From positions 1,440,001-1,504,000 of the forward strand of contig CAVTNB010000001.1 of assembly GCA_963736005.1 (NCBI GenBank): a DNA stretch of 64,000 bases, in the 5' to 3' direction. The notes beneath the pieces are model-generated. The model had not been told where the DNA came from. It worked only from the letters and a program-made list of their open reading frames with translations, and ran no database searches. Position numbers and translations under genes: made by a program. This document shows positions 10,401 through 23,074 of this stretch, piece after piece (the first letter of the stretch is position 1; the number at the start of each line of letters is the position of its first letter). The DNA is from an uncultured Pseudomonadota bacterium. Lineage in GTDB: Bacteria > Vulcanimicrobiota > Vulcanimicrobiia > Eremiobacterales > Eremiobacteraceae.

Positions 10401-10420
10401 ACGGCGCTTTGGAGAATTTA

Positions 10421-13400
10421 GTGGCACAAGAGATCGGCGCAACAATTGTTCGCGGGCTGCGGACTTGGGACAAAATCGGCGATGCGGCTGCTCAGTTGCG
10501 GTTGCACGCGGCGCTCGATATTGTCGGCGCAGCTGCAGCATCCCGACCGGCGCTTGTGTCTGCGCTTTGGACCGAGCTCGGCGGTCAGTTTCTCGTTTGG
10601 TCGGCGAGTCAAGATGGCGCCGACCGGTTTGCCAATGATTGTTCCTTCTATGCAAGCGAGTTTGGGCCGGTTGTGCACACGCTTCGTCCACGCGACGAAC
10701 AGCAAAACGCCCTCGTCAATCCTACCGAGCGCGCTGACCGAATCGCATTCTTGGATTCTCTTGCGTCTGGGGAGCCGGGCATCTTTTGCGTCTCGCATGC
10801 CGCAGCCCGCCAGCCCTTGCCTGCTAGCCAAGACGTTCGCCGGCGCGGCACGACGTTTGCAGACTGGCCGCGAATACAAGTGGGAAGAAACGCTGCGCGA
10901 CCTGGCTGCGCTCGGCTACGAACGAGTCGACGTCGTCAGCGCGGTCGGTGAATACGCCGTGCGAGGCGGCATCATTGACATCTTTCCCGCAACGGCCGAG
11001 TTCCCGGTTCGGCTCGAGTTCTTCGGAGATCGTGTCGAGCAGATCCGAACCTTTGCGATCGTCACGCAACGCTCGCTCGATGAACTCGAGGCGGTTCGCA
11101 TCACCCCTTGGTCCGAAGGTATTTTTGGCGACGAGCAAGCGGCAATTTGGTCCTATGCGCCCGGAGCCGTTCTGGTCATCGACGACCCCGACACGATCGT
11201 CGCAATCGATCGCGGGTTGCAAGTGGCTCGGGAGCAAGCGACGGTTGCCGCAGCGGATCGCGGAGAAGAGATCGAAGAAGATATAGATGTACCAGCGGAC
11301 CTTCAGGTCCGCTCGGCGCCCGATGATGACGAGAGCGAACCTAAAGGTTGGCTGCTACATACTCTAGATAAACTGCAGGATGCAATAGGCGCGCGAGCCG
11401 TCTGCAGCTTCCACACGAGCGCAGTTGCCGCGCACTTAGGTCCGCACAGCAAAAAGAAGATTGAAACGAGCACCCAGATGGCTCCGGCCTTCGGTCGCAG
11501 CATCGAACGCTTCGTCGAGTACACGCGCGCTGCGATCGCCTCGAAAACGATCCTGGCCATCGCGGCGGTCGGATATCGTCGTATCTCGGAGGTCCTCGAG
11601 GAGCACGACGTATCCGCGACGCCCGTGCCTAAGCGCTTGAAATTGCCACCAGAACGCGGTGCTGTCATCTGCGGCGAAGGAATGATCGATGCCGGCTTTG
11701 TCATCCCGTCGCTTGGCCTCGCGGTCATCGGAGACAACGAACTGTATGGACACCCCGCTCGACGGCATAAACGCAGACCCGCCAAGGAAGGCGTGCCGGT
11801 CAGCGTCGCTGATCTCAATCCTGAAGACTACTTGGTGCACGCGCATCATGGCATCGGTCAGTATCTCGGTTTGGAACACATCATCGTGGAAGACGTGGGT
11901 CGCGACTTCATGCAGCTCGCCTACGCGGGCGGCGACCGCCTCTACGTGCCGGTCGATCAAATGCACTTGGTGCGCAAATATGCGGTCGCTGATGGCGCTG
12001 CTCCCCGGCTTTCCAAGATGGGCGGAAGCGACTGGGTGCGCACCCGCTCCCGCGTCCGCGAGGCTGTCGAGCGAATTGCCGAAGGGTTGGTGCGACTGTA
12101 TGCGGCAAGAGAACTCGCCGTCGGCCACGCCTTTGCCCAAGACACGCCGTGGCAAGCCGAACTCGAAGAGTCGTTTCCTTACGACGAAACACCGGATCAA
12201 GCCGAAACGATTCGCGTCGTCAAAGACGACATGGAGCGTCCGCGTCCTATGGACAGACTCGTGTGCGGCGACGTGGGGTACGGAAAGACCGAAGTAGCCG
12301 TTCGCGCAGCGTTCAAAGCTATCATGGATCGCAAGCAGGTGGCATTGCTTGCACCAACGACCGTGCTCGCGGCGCAGCACTTCCGCACGTTTAGCGAACG
12401 CTTCGCTGCCTATCCCGTGACGATCGCACTCCTCTCCCGCTTTCGTTCCAAGGCCGAGCAGAAAGTATCACTCGCCGGCTTAGCTGATGGAAGCGTCGAT
12501 CTTGTCATCGGAACGCATCGGCTACTGCAACGAGACGTGGGCTTCAAACAACTCGGCTTGCTGATCGTCGATGAAGAGCAGCGTTTCGGCGTCATGCACA
12601 AAGAGCGTCTCAAGGAATTGCGTCAATCAGTCGACGTGATGACGCTGTCGGCCACCCCGATCCCACGCACGCTGCATATGGCCATGGCGGGCGTTCGCGA
12701 TCTCTCCCTCATTCAGACGCCCCCGGCCAATCGCGTCTCCATCAAGACGGTGGTCACACCAAGCAGCGATGCGCTCATTTCGAGCGCGCTGACGCAAGAA
12801 CTCGACCGCGGCGGGCAAGTCTATTTCGTGCACAACCGCATCGATACGATCTACGGCGTCGCTGCGGCGCTTGGAGCGCTGGCTCCACGCGCGCGCATCG
12901 GCGTCGGCCACGGGCAAATGCACGGTGCATGAACTCGAAGACATCATGCTGTCGTTTGTGAACGGCGAGATCGACATCTTGGTGTCCACGACGATCATTG
13001 AAAACGGACTCGATATTCCAAACGTCAACACGATCATCGTCAACAACGCAGATCACTTCGGGTTAGCGCAACTCTATCAGCTTCGCGGTCGCGTGGGCCG
13101 CAGCGCTCACCAAGCGTTTGCGTATTTCTTGTACCAGCCGCACCGATCGCTTTCCGAGGTAGCCCAATCGAGACTGGAGGCCATCCGCGAGTTTTCGCAT
13201 TTGGGCTCGGGCTTGCAACTTGCCATGCGCGACCTGGAAATCCGGGGTGCAGGAAATTTGCTGGGCCGCGAGCAGAGCGGCTTCATTGCCGCCGTTGGTT
13301 TCGAGACATACTGCGAGATTTTGCAAGAAGCCGTGGCGCAACGCCGCGGGCAGCCGATCGTCCAAGACGTACCGCCGCCGGTTCTCGACGTGCGGGTGAG

Positions 13401-13800
13401 CGCATTCATTCCGAGTGAGTACGTGAAAGGTGCAAGTCAGAAGATTTCGTTCTACCAACGAATTGGAGCGGCACAATCGATCGAAGAGGTCGATCGCCTT
13501 GCTGAAGAGCTGCGCGACCGTTTTGGTCCGCTGCCCTCAGAAGTGGTTGCGCTCCTCGATTTGACCAAGTTGCGCGTTCTCGCAACCGCTAAAGGAGTAC
13601 AAAAAGTTGCACTCGAACAGCGACGTCTAACCCTCGAAATGGGGCCGAAGTTTTTATTGTCCGAAGAGGCCCTTCCAAAGCTAACATCCATCAGCGAGGG
13701 AAATTTCCGGTTCACAAAGGACGCGGTCGTGGTGGGTCTTCCCGACTCGAACGCAGGTGGCCGGCTGGCGTTCGTGCGTGATGTTGTGTCCGCGCTGTGA
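10421..13800 (+). CDS. mfd: Transcription-repair coupling factor (two probable sequencing frameshifts, near 10850 and 12925)
   Basis: GEYAVRGGIIDIFP, VHAHHGIG (RID), DRLVCGDVGYGKTEVA, DEEQRFGV, QLRGRVGRS, DLEIRGAGNLLG. GTG 10421 follows GGAG; ATG 10355 is an alternative start. Confidence 0.95.
11287..11360. repeat. Inverted pair of family A REPs (REPIN-like) translated within mfd
   Basis: ATGTACCAGCGGACCTTCAGGTCCGCTC (11287..11314), 18-nt spacer, GAGCGAACCTAAAGGTTGGCTGCTACAT (11333..11360). Confidence 0.88.
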
Positions 13801-13806
13801 CGCAAC

Positions 13807-13852
13807 CTAGCCTCGCGAATTTATTTGTAGGGGGCGATTGGAAAATCGCCCC
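13807..13852 (+). repeat. REP cluster: partial family B plus family C
   Basis: CTAGCCTCGCGAATTTATTT followed by GTAG-GGGGCGATT-GGAA-AATCGCCCC, directly before the prsA RBS. Confidence 0.85.
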
Positions 13853-13865
13853 GTAAGGAGCAAGA

Positions 13866-14807
13866 ATGACGTTGAACAGGTTTGCCGCCGTTGCATGCGC
13901 GGTCGTCGCGCTCGGGCTCGTGCCAGCGCTGGCAGGCTGCGCGAATACCGGAGATAAGACCATCGTCTCGGTCAACGGCGAGAAAATTACGAAGTCAGCG
14001 CTCGACACCCGCCTCGAGGGCCAGGCTGGCAAGACCACGCTGCAGCAAATGGTTGATACGGCAATCGTGCTGCAGTACGGCAAGCAAGCGGGCATTAATC
14101 CGACCGATGCCGAGATTCAAGATCAAGTGAACCAGCTCGAGCAGCGTTTTCCGCCGGGCCAGTTCGACACGATTTTGAAACAGCAAGGGCTCACGATGGA
14201 CGATGTCAAGACGATTGAAAAGGTCCAACTGATCATCAAGAAGGCCGTCGACAAGCAGATCAGCGTGAGCGATGCGCAAATCGCCGACTTCTACAATAAG
14301 AATACCGCGATGTATAGCACCCCCGCCCAGGCGCGCGCTCGCCACATTCTCGTAAAGACCAAGGTCCAAGCCGACGCGATCGAAGCTCAACTCAAGAGCG
14401 GTGCCGATTTTGCATCGCTGGCCAAGAAATACTCCATCGACCCGGGCAGCAAAGATCAAGGCGGCGAACTCGGTTGGTTCTCGGCAACCCAAATGGTCAA
14501 GCCGTTTTCAGATGCGGCTTTTTCTCTGAACGTCGGGCAGACCAGCCAGCCGGTGAACACGCCGTTCGGCTGGCACATCATCCAGCTGGAAGGCAAGCGT
14601 CCGGCCCACCAGTCAACCCTCGCCGAGGCGACGCCCAAGATCCGTGACTCGCTTGTGCAGCAACAGGAAGCGTCAGCGGGCGCTCCCTTCATCGAACAAT
14701 TACGGAACAAGGCAAATATTCAAATCTACGACGATCGGTTCAATCCGCTCTTCCCACCGCCTCAAACCCCCGGCATGAGCCCGTCGGCGGCTCCCTCCGG
14801 CAAGTAA
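13866..14807 (+). CDS. prsA: PrsA-like parvulin peptidyl-prolyl isomerase lipoprotein
   Basis: Lipobox LAGC; ARHILVK, FASLAKKYSIDPGSKDQGGELGWF, MVKPF, TPFGWHII. Confidence 0.9.
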   Translation: MTLNRFAAVACAVVALGLVPALAGCANTGDKTIVSVNGEKITKSALDTRLEGQAGKTTLQQMVDTAIVLQYGKQAGINPTDAEIQDQVNQLEQRFPPGQFDTILKQQGLTMDDVKTIEKVQLIIKKAVDKQISVSDAQIADFYNKNTAMYSTPAQARARHILVKTKVQADAIEAQLKSGADFASLAKKYSIDPGSKDQGGELGWFSATQMVKPFSDAAFSLNVGQTSQPVNTPFGWHIIQLEGKRPAHQSTLAEATPKIRDSLVQQQEASAGAPFIEQLRNKANIQIYDDRFNPLFPPPQTPGMSPSAAPSGK

Positions 14808-14817
14808 CAATCGCACA

Positions 14818-14850
14818 GGCGCGGGCACGACCCGCGCCAAACCTTTTCTT
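14818..14850 (+). terminator. Hairpin / possible intrinsic terminator after prsA
   Basis: GGCGCGGG-CACGA-CCCGCGCC followed by AAACCTTTTCTT. Confidence 0.4.
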
Positions 14851-14852
14851 CC

Positions 14853-16046
14853 ATGCCCGAAGTGTCAATTGTTGGTCTGGGTCCGAGCGATGCTCGGCTT
14901 TTGACCATTGGTGCGCTCGATTGCCTGCGCGCCGCTCCCAGAGTTTTTACCTGCAACGCCTCGCCCGCAACGCTCCAATACTTGCGCGAAGCCGGCGTCA
15001 ACGTCCAAAGCACTCCTTTCGACGGTGGGGCACTGCTGCGCGGCGTTGCGAGCGCGGCCGAAGCAGCGAGCATCCTGTTCGCCGAGGGTGACGGTGCGCT
15101 GGGCGTCCCCGGGCATCCGCTGCTCGACTTCCCCGGACTGCCTCATTTGTTGCGCGCGCTCTCGGAGCGCGGCGTGAGGGCAACCATCATCCCTGGCGTA
15201 CCACGCTCGGCTCTCTCTGCCGCGGCCATGTCGCCACTCATACCCTTGCCGCCGGTCGCCGTCCACCACAGTTGGGACGAGCTGGTCGAGATCATGGCTC
15301 GGCTGCGCGCCTGCTGCCCGTGGGATCGAGAGCAAACCCATGCCTCCTTGCTCCCCTACCTCGTCGAAGAAGCGCACGAGGTTGTCGAAGCCGTGGACGA
15401 ACAGGATGCAAAAAAATTATGCGAAGAGCTCGGCGATCTGCTTCTACAAATTATTTTTCATTCGCAGATTGCGTGCGAGCGCGGGCAATTCGCGGTCGCT
15501 GACGTCATCGACGCACTCGCCAACAAGATGATTCGACGCCATCCTCACGTTTTTGGCGACGCAAGCATTTCAACGTCGCAAGAGCAGATGAAGTCGTGGG
15601 AGCTCATCAAAACGCAAGAGGCGTCGATTCGTCACCGCGAATCGCTGCTCGACGGCGTGCCCAAATCGCTTCCCTCACTGCTCCACGCGCAGCGTATCCA
15701 AGAGAAAGCTGGCACGATTGGGTTTGATTGGCCACAAGCGCGCGACATCATGGGGAAACTCGAGGAAGAGCTCGGCGAGCTACGGCACGCCATCGAGGAT
15801 GACGACCAGCATGGTATGCGCGACGAGGTCGGCGACCTGCTCTTCACCATCGTCAATTTGGCTCGGCGCAGCGGCATCGACGCCGAGGCAGCGTTGCGAG
15901 CGGCCAACAACAAGTTTCGGCGCCGCTTCGCAGCAATGGAGCAGATGGCGGGTGGCGGCGCAACGGCGCTCGCCAATCGCAGCTTGGGCGACCTCGACGC
16001 ACTCTGGCAGCAGGCAAAAGCGCTTGAGGCTGGACAAGTTTCTTAA
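14853..16046 (+). CDS. mazG: MazG nucleoside triphosphate pyrophosphohydrolase with tetrapyrrole-methylase-like N-terminus (YabN-like)
   Basis: VGLGP N-terminus; CPWDREQTH, EELGDLLLQ, KMIRRHPHVFG, GFDW, EVGDLLF. Confidence 0.92.
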   Translation: MPEVSIVGLGPSDARLLTIGALDCLRAAPRVFTCNASPATLQYLREAGVNVQSTPFDGGALLRGVASAAEAASILFAEGDGALGVPGHPLLDFPGLPHLLRALSERGVRATIIPGVPRSALSAAAMSPLIPLPPVAVHHSWDELVEIMARLRACCPWDREQTHASLLPYLVEEAHEVVEAVDEQDAKKLCEELGDLLLQIIFHSQIACERGQFAVADVIDALANKMIRRHPHVFGDASISTSQEQMKSWELIKTQEASIRHRESLLDGVPKSLPSLLHAQRIQEKAGTIGFDWPQARDIMGKLEEELGELRHAIEDDDQHGMRDEVGDLLFTIVNLARRSGIDAEAALRAANNKFRRRFAAMEQMAGGGATALANRSLGDLDALWQQAKALEAGQVS

Positions 16047-16281
16047 AGTCGCAAGACTCGCCAAGCGTCGCACCGAGGCAAAAGAGGCTTTGGCTGCGGG
16101 CCGCATCGAGTCTGGCGGTCGAGCGCTGAAGGCGTCGCATGCGGTCAAGCAGGGCGATGAACTGGTCATTCACTACGCGAGCCGGACCCTTCGAGTTCGC
16201 GTCGAAGCGGTGCCTGAGAGAATGGTGCCGAAGCACGACGCCGGATCACTGTACACCGTGCTTGAAGATAAGCCGGCGTAA
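16024..16281 (+). CDS. S4 RNA-binding protein (YabO/RqcP/Hsp15 family)
   Basis: TTG start, MRLDKFLKVARLAKRRTEAKE; follows the yabN-like gene as in Firmicutes. Confidence 0.88.
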   Translation: MRLDKFLKVARLAKRRTEAKEALAAGRIESGGRALKASHAVKQGDELVIHYASRTLRVRVEAVPERMVPKHDAGSLYTVLEDKPA

Positions 16282-16296
16282 GCTCTAAGGACTTTA

Positions 16297-17472
16297 ATGG
16301 ACGCGACCCCAGGACCCCAACTGACCATCGGAATGTTCAGCGACACCTATGTCCCCGAGACCAACGGGGTCGTGACGTCGATTGTTTCAACCGTTCGAGC
16401 ACTGCGCCGCCGCGGCCATCGGGTCATCATCGTCGGTCCCGCGCATCCGCAAGGCGATGAAGAGCATCCGGACGTCTTCCATCTGCGCTCGACGTCGTTT
16501 CCGTTTTATCCAGGATTCCGAATGGCGTTTCCGCTGCCCGCCAAACTTGTGGCAGGTCTGCCAAACGTTCCCTTTGACGTGATCCACGCGCACACGTTTT
16601 TCTTCATCGGCTGCTTGGGCGCGTATCTGGCCCACATGCGGCGCATGCCGCTCTTCTTTACCTACCACACGCGCTTTGAAGATTACACGCACTATCTTCC
16701 GGTTCACCAGCGCATCACGCGCCCACAAGCAGTGTGGCTGTCACGCGAATTTTCCAACCGGTGCGATCGCGTCATCGCGCCCTCAAACGGCACGGCGGAG
16801 CTGCTTCGCTCCTATGGCGTCACCGTGCCCTTCTCCCTTTTGCCTGGAGGCGTCGACCTTGAGAGCTTTGGCCCGGCCGACGTTGTGCCCGCTGCCATTT
16901 CCAACACCGGGGATGGTCCCGTGTTGCTCTCCGTCGGGCGCTTGGGCAAAGAAAAGAATTTGGATCTCCTCCTCGAGGCCTTTGCGAAACTTTCCGACCG
17001 CTGGCAACACGCGCGGCTCCTCATTGTGGGGGATGGTCCACACCGAGCCGAACTCGAACAGCGCGCGGGCACCCTTGGGATCGGTGACCGAGTTGTGTTT
17101 CTTGGTGCGCTCGAGCAACGCGAACTTGGTCCATACTACCGTAACGCTGATCTGTTTGTTTTCACGTCGATCACCGAGACCCAAGGCCTGGTCATCGTCG
17201 AAGCGCTCGCGCACGGACTTCCGGTTGTGGCCGTCGACTGTCCGGTTTCTCGCGAAATCATCGTCGGCGACGCGGGGCTGTTGACGCAAGAGGACGCGGG
17301 GATGTTCGCGGCCGCTGTTGATGAATTTCTGAGCGAGTCAGCTCAGCGGCGCGCTGTGCGTGGTGAAGCAGCGCGGCATGCCGCGGCACCGTTTGGCGTT
17401 GATGCGCTCGCGCAGCGGCTTGAGGGACTGTATCTGCGCGCGCGGCGCAACGCGGTTGCCGCCGGCTCGTAA
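16297..17472 (+). CDS. Glycosyltransferase family 4 (diacylglycerol glucosyltransferase-like)
   Basis: MFSDTYVPETNGVVTS, TYHT, VGRLGKEKN, ETQGLVIVEALAHGLPVV. Confidence 0.9.
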   Translation: MDATPGPQLTIGMFSDTYVPETNGVVTSIVSTVRALRRRGHRVIIVGPAHPQGDEEHPDVFHLRSTSFPFYPGFRMAFPLPAKLVAGLPNVPFDVIHAHTFFFIGCLGAYLAHMRRMPLFFTYHTRFEDYTHYLPVHQRITRPQAVWLSREFSNRCDRVIAPSNGTAELLRSYGVTVPFSLLPGGVDLESFGPADVVPAAISNTGDGPVLLSVGRLGKEKNLDLLLEAFAKLSDRWQHARLLIVGDGPHRAELEQRAGTLGIGDRVVFLGALEQRELGPYYRNADLFVFTSITETQGLVIVEALAHGLPVVAVDCPVSREIIVGDAGLLTQEDAGMFAAAVDEFLSESAQRRAVRGEAARHAAAPFGVDALAQRLEGLYLRARRNAVAAGS

Positions 17473-17477
17473 CCTCG

Positions 17478-18344
17478 TTGTTTTCACAAGACGCCAAAGA
17501 CGAAGTCGCGAGTTATCGCGAACACCGGACCTGCTGCACGGGCTCTTTCGTTCGTGCGCTGCGCGTCTTTGGAACGGTCCGCAGGCGAGACGGAGCACGA
17601 ACGCTTGCGATCGCAAGCGAGCGAGCGGCCGTCGCGCGCGCGATTATCGCTGCAGCGCACAATGCCACGATTCAGGCACATGCGCGCCGCGCGCCACATG
17701 CTGGCGCTCGGGGGCGCTGGTTGGTCGAAATCTCGCTCAGCAATTCCTCGGGCAATTCGAGCATCGCCTCTGGCACGCTTCCGCGGCGGAAGTGTTGCCG
17801 GCGCGCGGTGCTGCGCGCCGCGTTCTTAGCCTGCGGTTCGGTCAGCGATCCGGCGCGGGGCTACCACCTAGAATTTTTTTGCCGAGATGATGATGCGGCT
17901 CGTCTTGTGTGCGATCTCATCGCGAGCTTTGGAGGAGATGCGGGCATGACTCGGCGTCGCGGCCGCCCACTCGCGTACGTGAAGGACGCGCAGACGGTGT
18001 CTGTGCTGCTTGCGCATTTAGGGGCAACGAGAGCTGTTCTTCGACTGGAAGAACAACGCGCGCGACGGCAGACGAAGAACTTAATTCACCGCACGGTCAA
18101 TAGTGAGGCCGCCAATGCGGCGCGTGCCGCGGTGTCGGCCGCGCGCCAACGCGAAGCTGCGCGGCGAATCATGGCCAGCGTGGGTGCTGCGAAGATGTCG
18201 CGTGCCGTGCGTGAAGCTGCTCAGCTGCGCATCGCGCACCCCACGCGGACGCTCGCCGAGCTTGCGGAAGCGGCGAGGCCGCCGATTACCAAGGCCGCGA
18301 TGGCAAATAGGATGCGACTTTTGGAGCGCATCTCCAAGAGGTAA
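17478..18344 (+). CDS. whiA: DNA-binding protein WhiA
   Basis: LRAAFLACGSVSDPARGYHLE, RTVNSEAAN, LRIAHPTRTLAEL..PPITK; lies upstream of gap. Confidence 0.9.
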   Translation: MFSQDAKDEVASYREHRTCCTGSFVRALRVFGTVRRRDGARTLAIASERAAVARAIIAAAHNATIQAHARRAPHAGARGRWLVEISLSNSSGNSSIASGTLPRRKCCRRAVLRAAFLACGSVSDPARGYHLEFFCRDDDAARLVCDLIASFGGDAGMTRRRGRPLAYVKDAQTVSVLLAHLGATRAVLRLEEQRARRQTKNLIHRTVNSEAANAARAAVSAARQREAARRIMASVGAAKMSRAVREAAQLRIAHPTRTLAELAEAARPPITKAAMANRMRLLERISKR

Positions 18345-18352
18345 CCCGCGAT

Positions 18353-18434
18353 GGAGCGGCGGACCACGTTGTAGCGGGCGACTGTAAAGTCGCCCTTGTA
18401 GGGGGCGATTCGAAAATCTCCCCACGTCCGCTCC
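18353..18434 (+). repeat. REP cluster D + C enclosed by inverted arms resembling family A
   Basis: GTAGCGGGCGACTGTAAAGTCGCCC (18371..18395) and GTAGGGGGCGATTCGAAAATCTCCCC (18398..18423), flanked by GGAGCGGCGGAC and GTCCGCTCC. Confidence 0.85.
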
Positions 18435-18453
18435 GATCCTTGGAGGCACATCC

Positions 18454-19474
<1,021 letters not shown>

Positions 19475-20699
19475 TCGCAGCGCGCTGAAGCTCGGGAGAT
19501 CTCGATCTCGGCTCCGCGGCAAGCGCGTGCTGGTCCGCGAGGATCTCGAACGTACCGCTGGAAGACGGCCGCAATGACCGACACAACCCGCATCGATGCC
19601 GCCGTTCCGACGCTGCGCGAGCTTCGCGAGCGCGGAGCCAAGCATGATCGTCATGTCGCATCTCGGCCGCCCCGACGGGAAGGTGGTCGAAAGTCGCTCC
19701 GCATGACGCCGGTCGCCGCCGCCTTGAGCCAGGCCCTCGGCATGCCCGGTGACCGCTCGCTGCCGACTGCATCGGCGCGGCGCCCGAATCCGCAGTGGAC
19801 GCGCATGCACGACGGCGACGTGCTGTACTGCTCGAAAACCTGCGCTTCCATCCAGGAAGAGGAAGCGAACGATCCAACGGTTCGCCAGCGCAGCTGAGCC
19901 GGAACTCGGCGACTCTACATCAACGACGCGTTCGGGACCGCACATCGCGCGCACGCTTCGACGGTGGGCATCACCAAGTACTCTGCCCTCGTACATGGGA
20001 CCGCTGATGCAGCGCGAACTCGGAAATGCTCGACGAAGTCCTGCGAGACACCCGCGCCGGCCGTTCGTCGCGGTGCTGGGCGGCGCCAAGGTGTCCGACA
20101 AGATCGGAGTCATCGAGCGGCTTGATGTCGATGTGCGACGCGATCGTCATCGGCGGCGGCATGGCAAATACGCTGCTTCGCGGCGCAAGGCTTCGAAGTC
20201 GGCAAATCTCTGCGCGACAAAGATCTCGCGCCTGCGAAAAGATCTCATCCACACGATCGACCACGAGGCGCACGAAAGTCGACGTGCATCTCCGACGGAT
20301 GCGAGTCGTCGCGAAGCAACTGGCGCCCGAGGCGGAGACGCGCGACGTGGACATCGACAAATCACGGCCGACGAGATGATCCTGGACATCGGCCCGGGCG
20401 CCGCCGATGGATTTTCGCGGCGTCATCTTGAAGCGAAGACGGTGCTTTGGAACGGTCCGATGGGCGTGTTCGAAATGGACGCGTTCGCGCGCAGGGCACC
20501 GAAGCGGTCGGCCAGGCGATCGTCGATTCCGGCGCCATGTCGGTCGTCGGCGGCGGCGATTCTGCGGCGGCCGCGCACAAGATACGGATTCGCAGACAAG
20601 ATGACGCACATGTCCACCGGCGGCGGCGCGACGCTCGAGTACCTCGAAGGCAAGGAACTGCCCGGAGTTGCGGCGCTGCGCAACGCAGGCCGCGCGTGA
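19475..20699 (+). CDS. pgk: Phosphoglycerate kinase (heavily frameshifted; start approximate)
   Basis: [63 protein letters not shown]. Confidence 0.9.
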
Positions 20700-21505
20700 C
20701 GCGGCGCAGCCGCTGTTCGCCGCCAACTGGAAGATGAACAAGACGCCGGCACAGGCGCGCGCGATTTCGTCGCACGCATTCATGGGCCGCCGCGGAGCCG
20801 CTCGCTCGCCGCCGCGGACATCGTGCTGCTCGCGCCGTTCATGTCGACTCGAAGCGTTGCACGCGAGTCTCGCGCCGAGCACGAGTGCGCGATCGGCGCG
20901 CAGGACTGTTACTGGGAACCGCAGGGCGCTACACCGGCGAAATGAGCGCGGCCATGCTCGCGGCCGAGGGCTGCACGTATTGCATCGTCGGCCATTCGGA
21001 GCGACGTCGTTTGTTCGGCGAGACCGATGAGGACGTCGCCCGAAAGTCTCCGCGCTCTTGGCGGCCGGGCGTAACCCCGATCGTGTGCGTCGGCGAGACG
21101 CTCGAGGAAAAGCAGCCGGGCGTGACCGCGCAGCGAGTGGCCTGCGCAGATCGCCGACGGCCTAGGGTCATCTCGACGACGATCAGCGCGCGGAGACGTG
21201 GATCGCCTACGAGCCGATGTGGGCAATCGGCACCGGCCTCTCCGACGATCCCGACGGCGGCGAACGAGACGATCGCCTCATCCGCGCTTGACGCTCGGCG
21301 GACTCTGCCGACGCGCCCGCATCCTCTACGGCGGATCGATGAAGGCCGAGAACGCCGGCGCATACTGCGCGCAGCCGAAATCGACGGCGGACTCGTCGGC
21401 GGCGCGAGCCTCGACCCGCGAGCGTTTTTGACCCTCATCATGAACGGCCTCAAGAAAATGTGGGGCGATCGGAAAATCGCCCCACATCGTAGCGGGCGAC
21501 TGTAA
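20696..21505 (+). CDS. tpiA: Triosephosphate isomerase (frameshifted)
   Basis: [42 protein letters not shown]. Confidence 0.9.
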
Positions 21506-21513
21506 AGTCGCCC
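21460..21513 (+). repeat. REP cluster C + D at the tpiA/gpmI junction
   Basis: GTGGGGCGATCGGAAAATCGCCCC followed by GTAGCGGGCGACTGTAAAGTCGCCC (21489..21513). Confidence 0.85.
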
Positions 21514-21529
21514 ACGCTCGAGGAGATCT

Positions 21530-23068
21530 ATGACCCTTTCTGATCCGCGCGTCGTTCTGTGCGTGCTCGACGGCTTCGGCATTTCCGACGAGACCGCGCG
21601 GCAACGCGATCGCCGCCGCGAAACTGCCGACGTATCGCGCGATGCTGGCCGCAAATATCCTCACTCCAGATCGGCGCCGCCGCAAGAAGCCGTCGGCTTG
21701 CCGCACGGCCAGCAGGGCAACAGCGAAGTCGGCCACCTCAATCTGGGCGCCGGCCGCGTCGTGCTTGCAAAGCGTCACCCGCATCGACAAGTGCGATCGA
21801 GGACGGAACGTTCGCGCAAAACCCGGCGCTCCAGCAATGCTTCGCGCACGTGAGGCGCACCGGCGGCACGTTCCATCTCCTCGGGCTCGTGTCGCCCGGC
21901 GGCGTGCACTCGTCGATGAAGCATCTGTATGCGCTCATCGACGCGGCAAAAGCGGCCGGCGTGCCGGTGAAAGTCGCGGCATTCCTCGACGGGCGCGACA
22001 CGCCGCCGCATAGCGCCGGCGCGTATCTCGAACGGCTGCAAGCCAAATGCGCGCAAGCCGGGAACGCGTCGATCTCCATGATTTCCGGACGTTACTTCGC
22101 AATGGATCGCGACAAGCGTTGGGAGCGCACAAAGGTTGGCATACGACGCGCTTGTCGAACGGCAAGGCGCTCAGCGCCGCAGGCTCGTCCAAGCGGCGAT
22201 CGATGGAGCATATGCCCGCGGCGAAAGCGACGAGTTTGTCGAAGCCGACGATCATCGGCACGCATCGACCCATCGTCACGACGGCGATGCGTGCTTCTTT
22301 TTCAACTTTCGCCCGACCGAGCACGCCAGCTCACGCGCGCTTTCTCGCAGCCAGATTTCGACGAATTCCCCGTCAAGCAGTTTCGCGATTTTGTTTTCGC
22401 CATCATGACGTTGTACGAGCAAGACTTTACGAATCCGGTAATGTTCGGAAAAATTTTCGAGAAGTGGACGCTGGGCGAAGTTGTCGCGAGGCGGGTTTGC
22501 CACAACTTCGACTGGCGGAGACCGAAAATATGCGCACGTAACCTACTTTTTTTCCGGTGGGCGCGAGGAGCCGTTTGACCTGGAAGACCGGATTCTGGTG
22601 CCGTCGGCGCGTGACGTCGGCACGTACGATCATCTTCCCCAAATGCGGGCACGCGAAATCACCGATAGGGCCGTGGAAGCGATCCGCGTCCGAAACGCTA
22701 TCCGCTGATCGTCATGAACTACGCCAATCCCGACATGGTGGGTCACACGGGTAAGTGGGATGCGATCATCATCGCGCTTGAGGTTGTTGATGAATGTCTC
22801 GACGCGGCTCGAGGCGGCCGTCCTCGAGACCGGCGCAATCATGCTCGTCACCGCAGATCACGGCAATGCGGAGGAAAAGATAGATCTCTCGACCGGCAAA
22901 GAGCTAACCGCCCACACGTGCAATGACGTGCCGCTCATCGCCGTCAGCAACCCAAGACTTGGCGGGCTGAAGAGCGGCGGTAAACTCGCCGACGTCGCTC
23001 CATGCATCTGTCAGATTTTAGACTTGCCACAGCCGGCCGTAATGACCGGTCACTCGCTGCTCACGTAG
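21530..23068 (+). CDS. gpmI: 2,3-bisphosphoglycerate-independent phosphoglycerate mutase (frameshifted)
   Basis: [64 protein letters not shown]. Confidence 0.92.
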
Positions 23069-23074
23069 TCTGCT

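Noticed and set aside
10840..12932. Split mfd or programmed frameshifts
   Set aside because: No slippery site is evident and similar single indels occur across the window.
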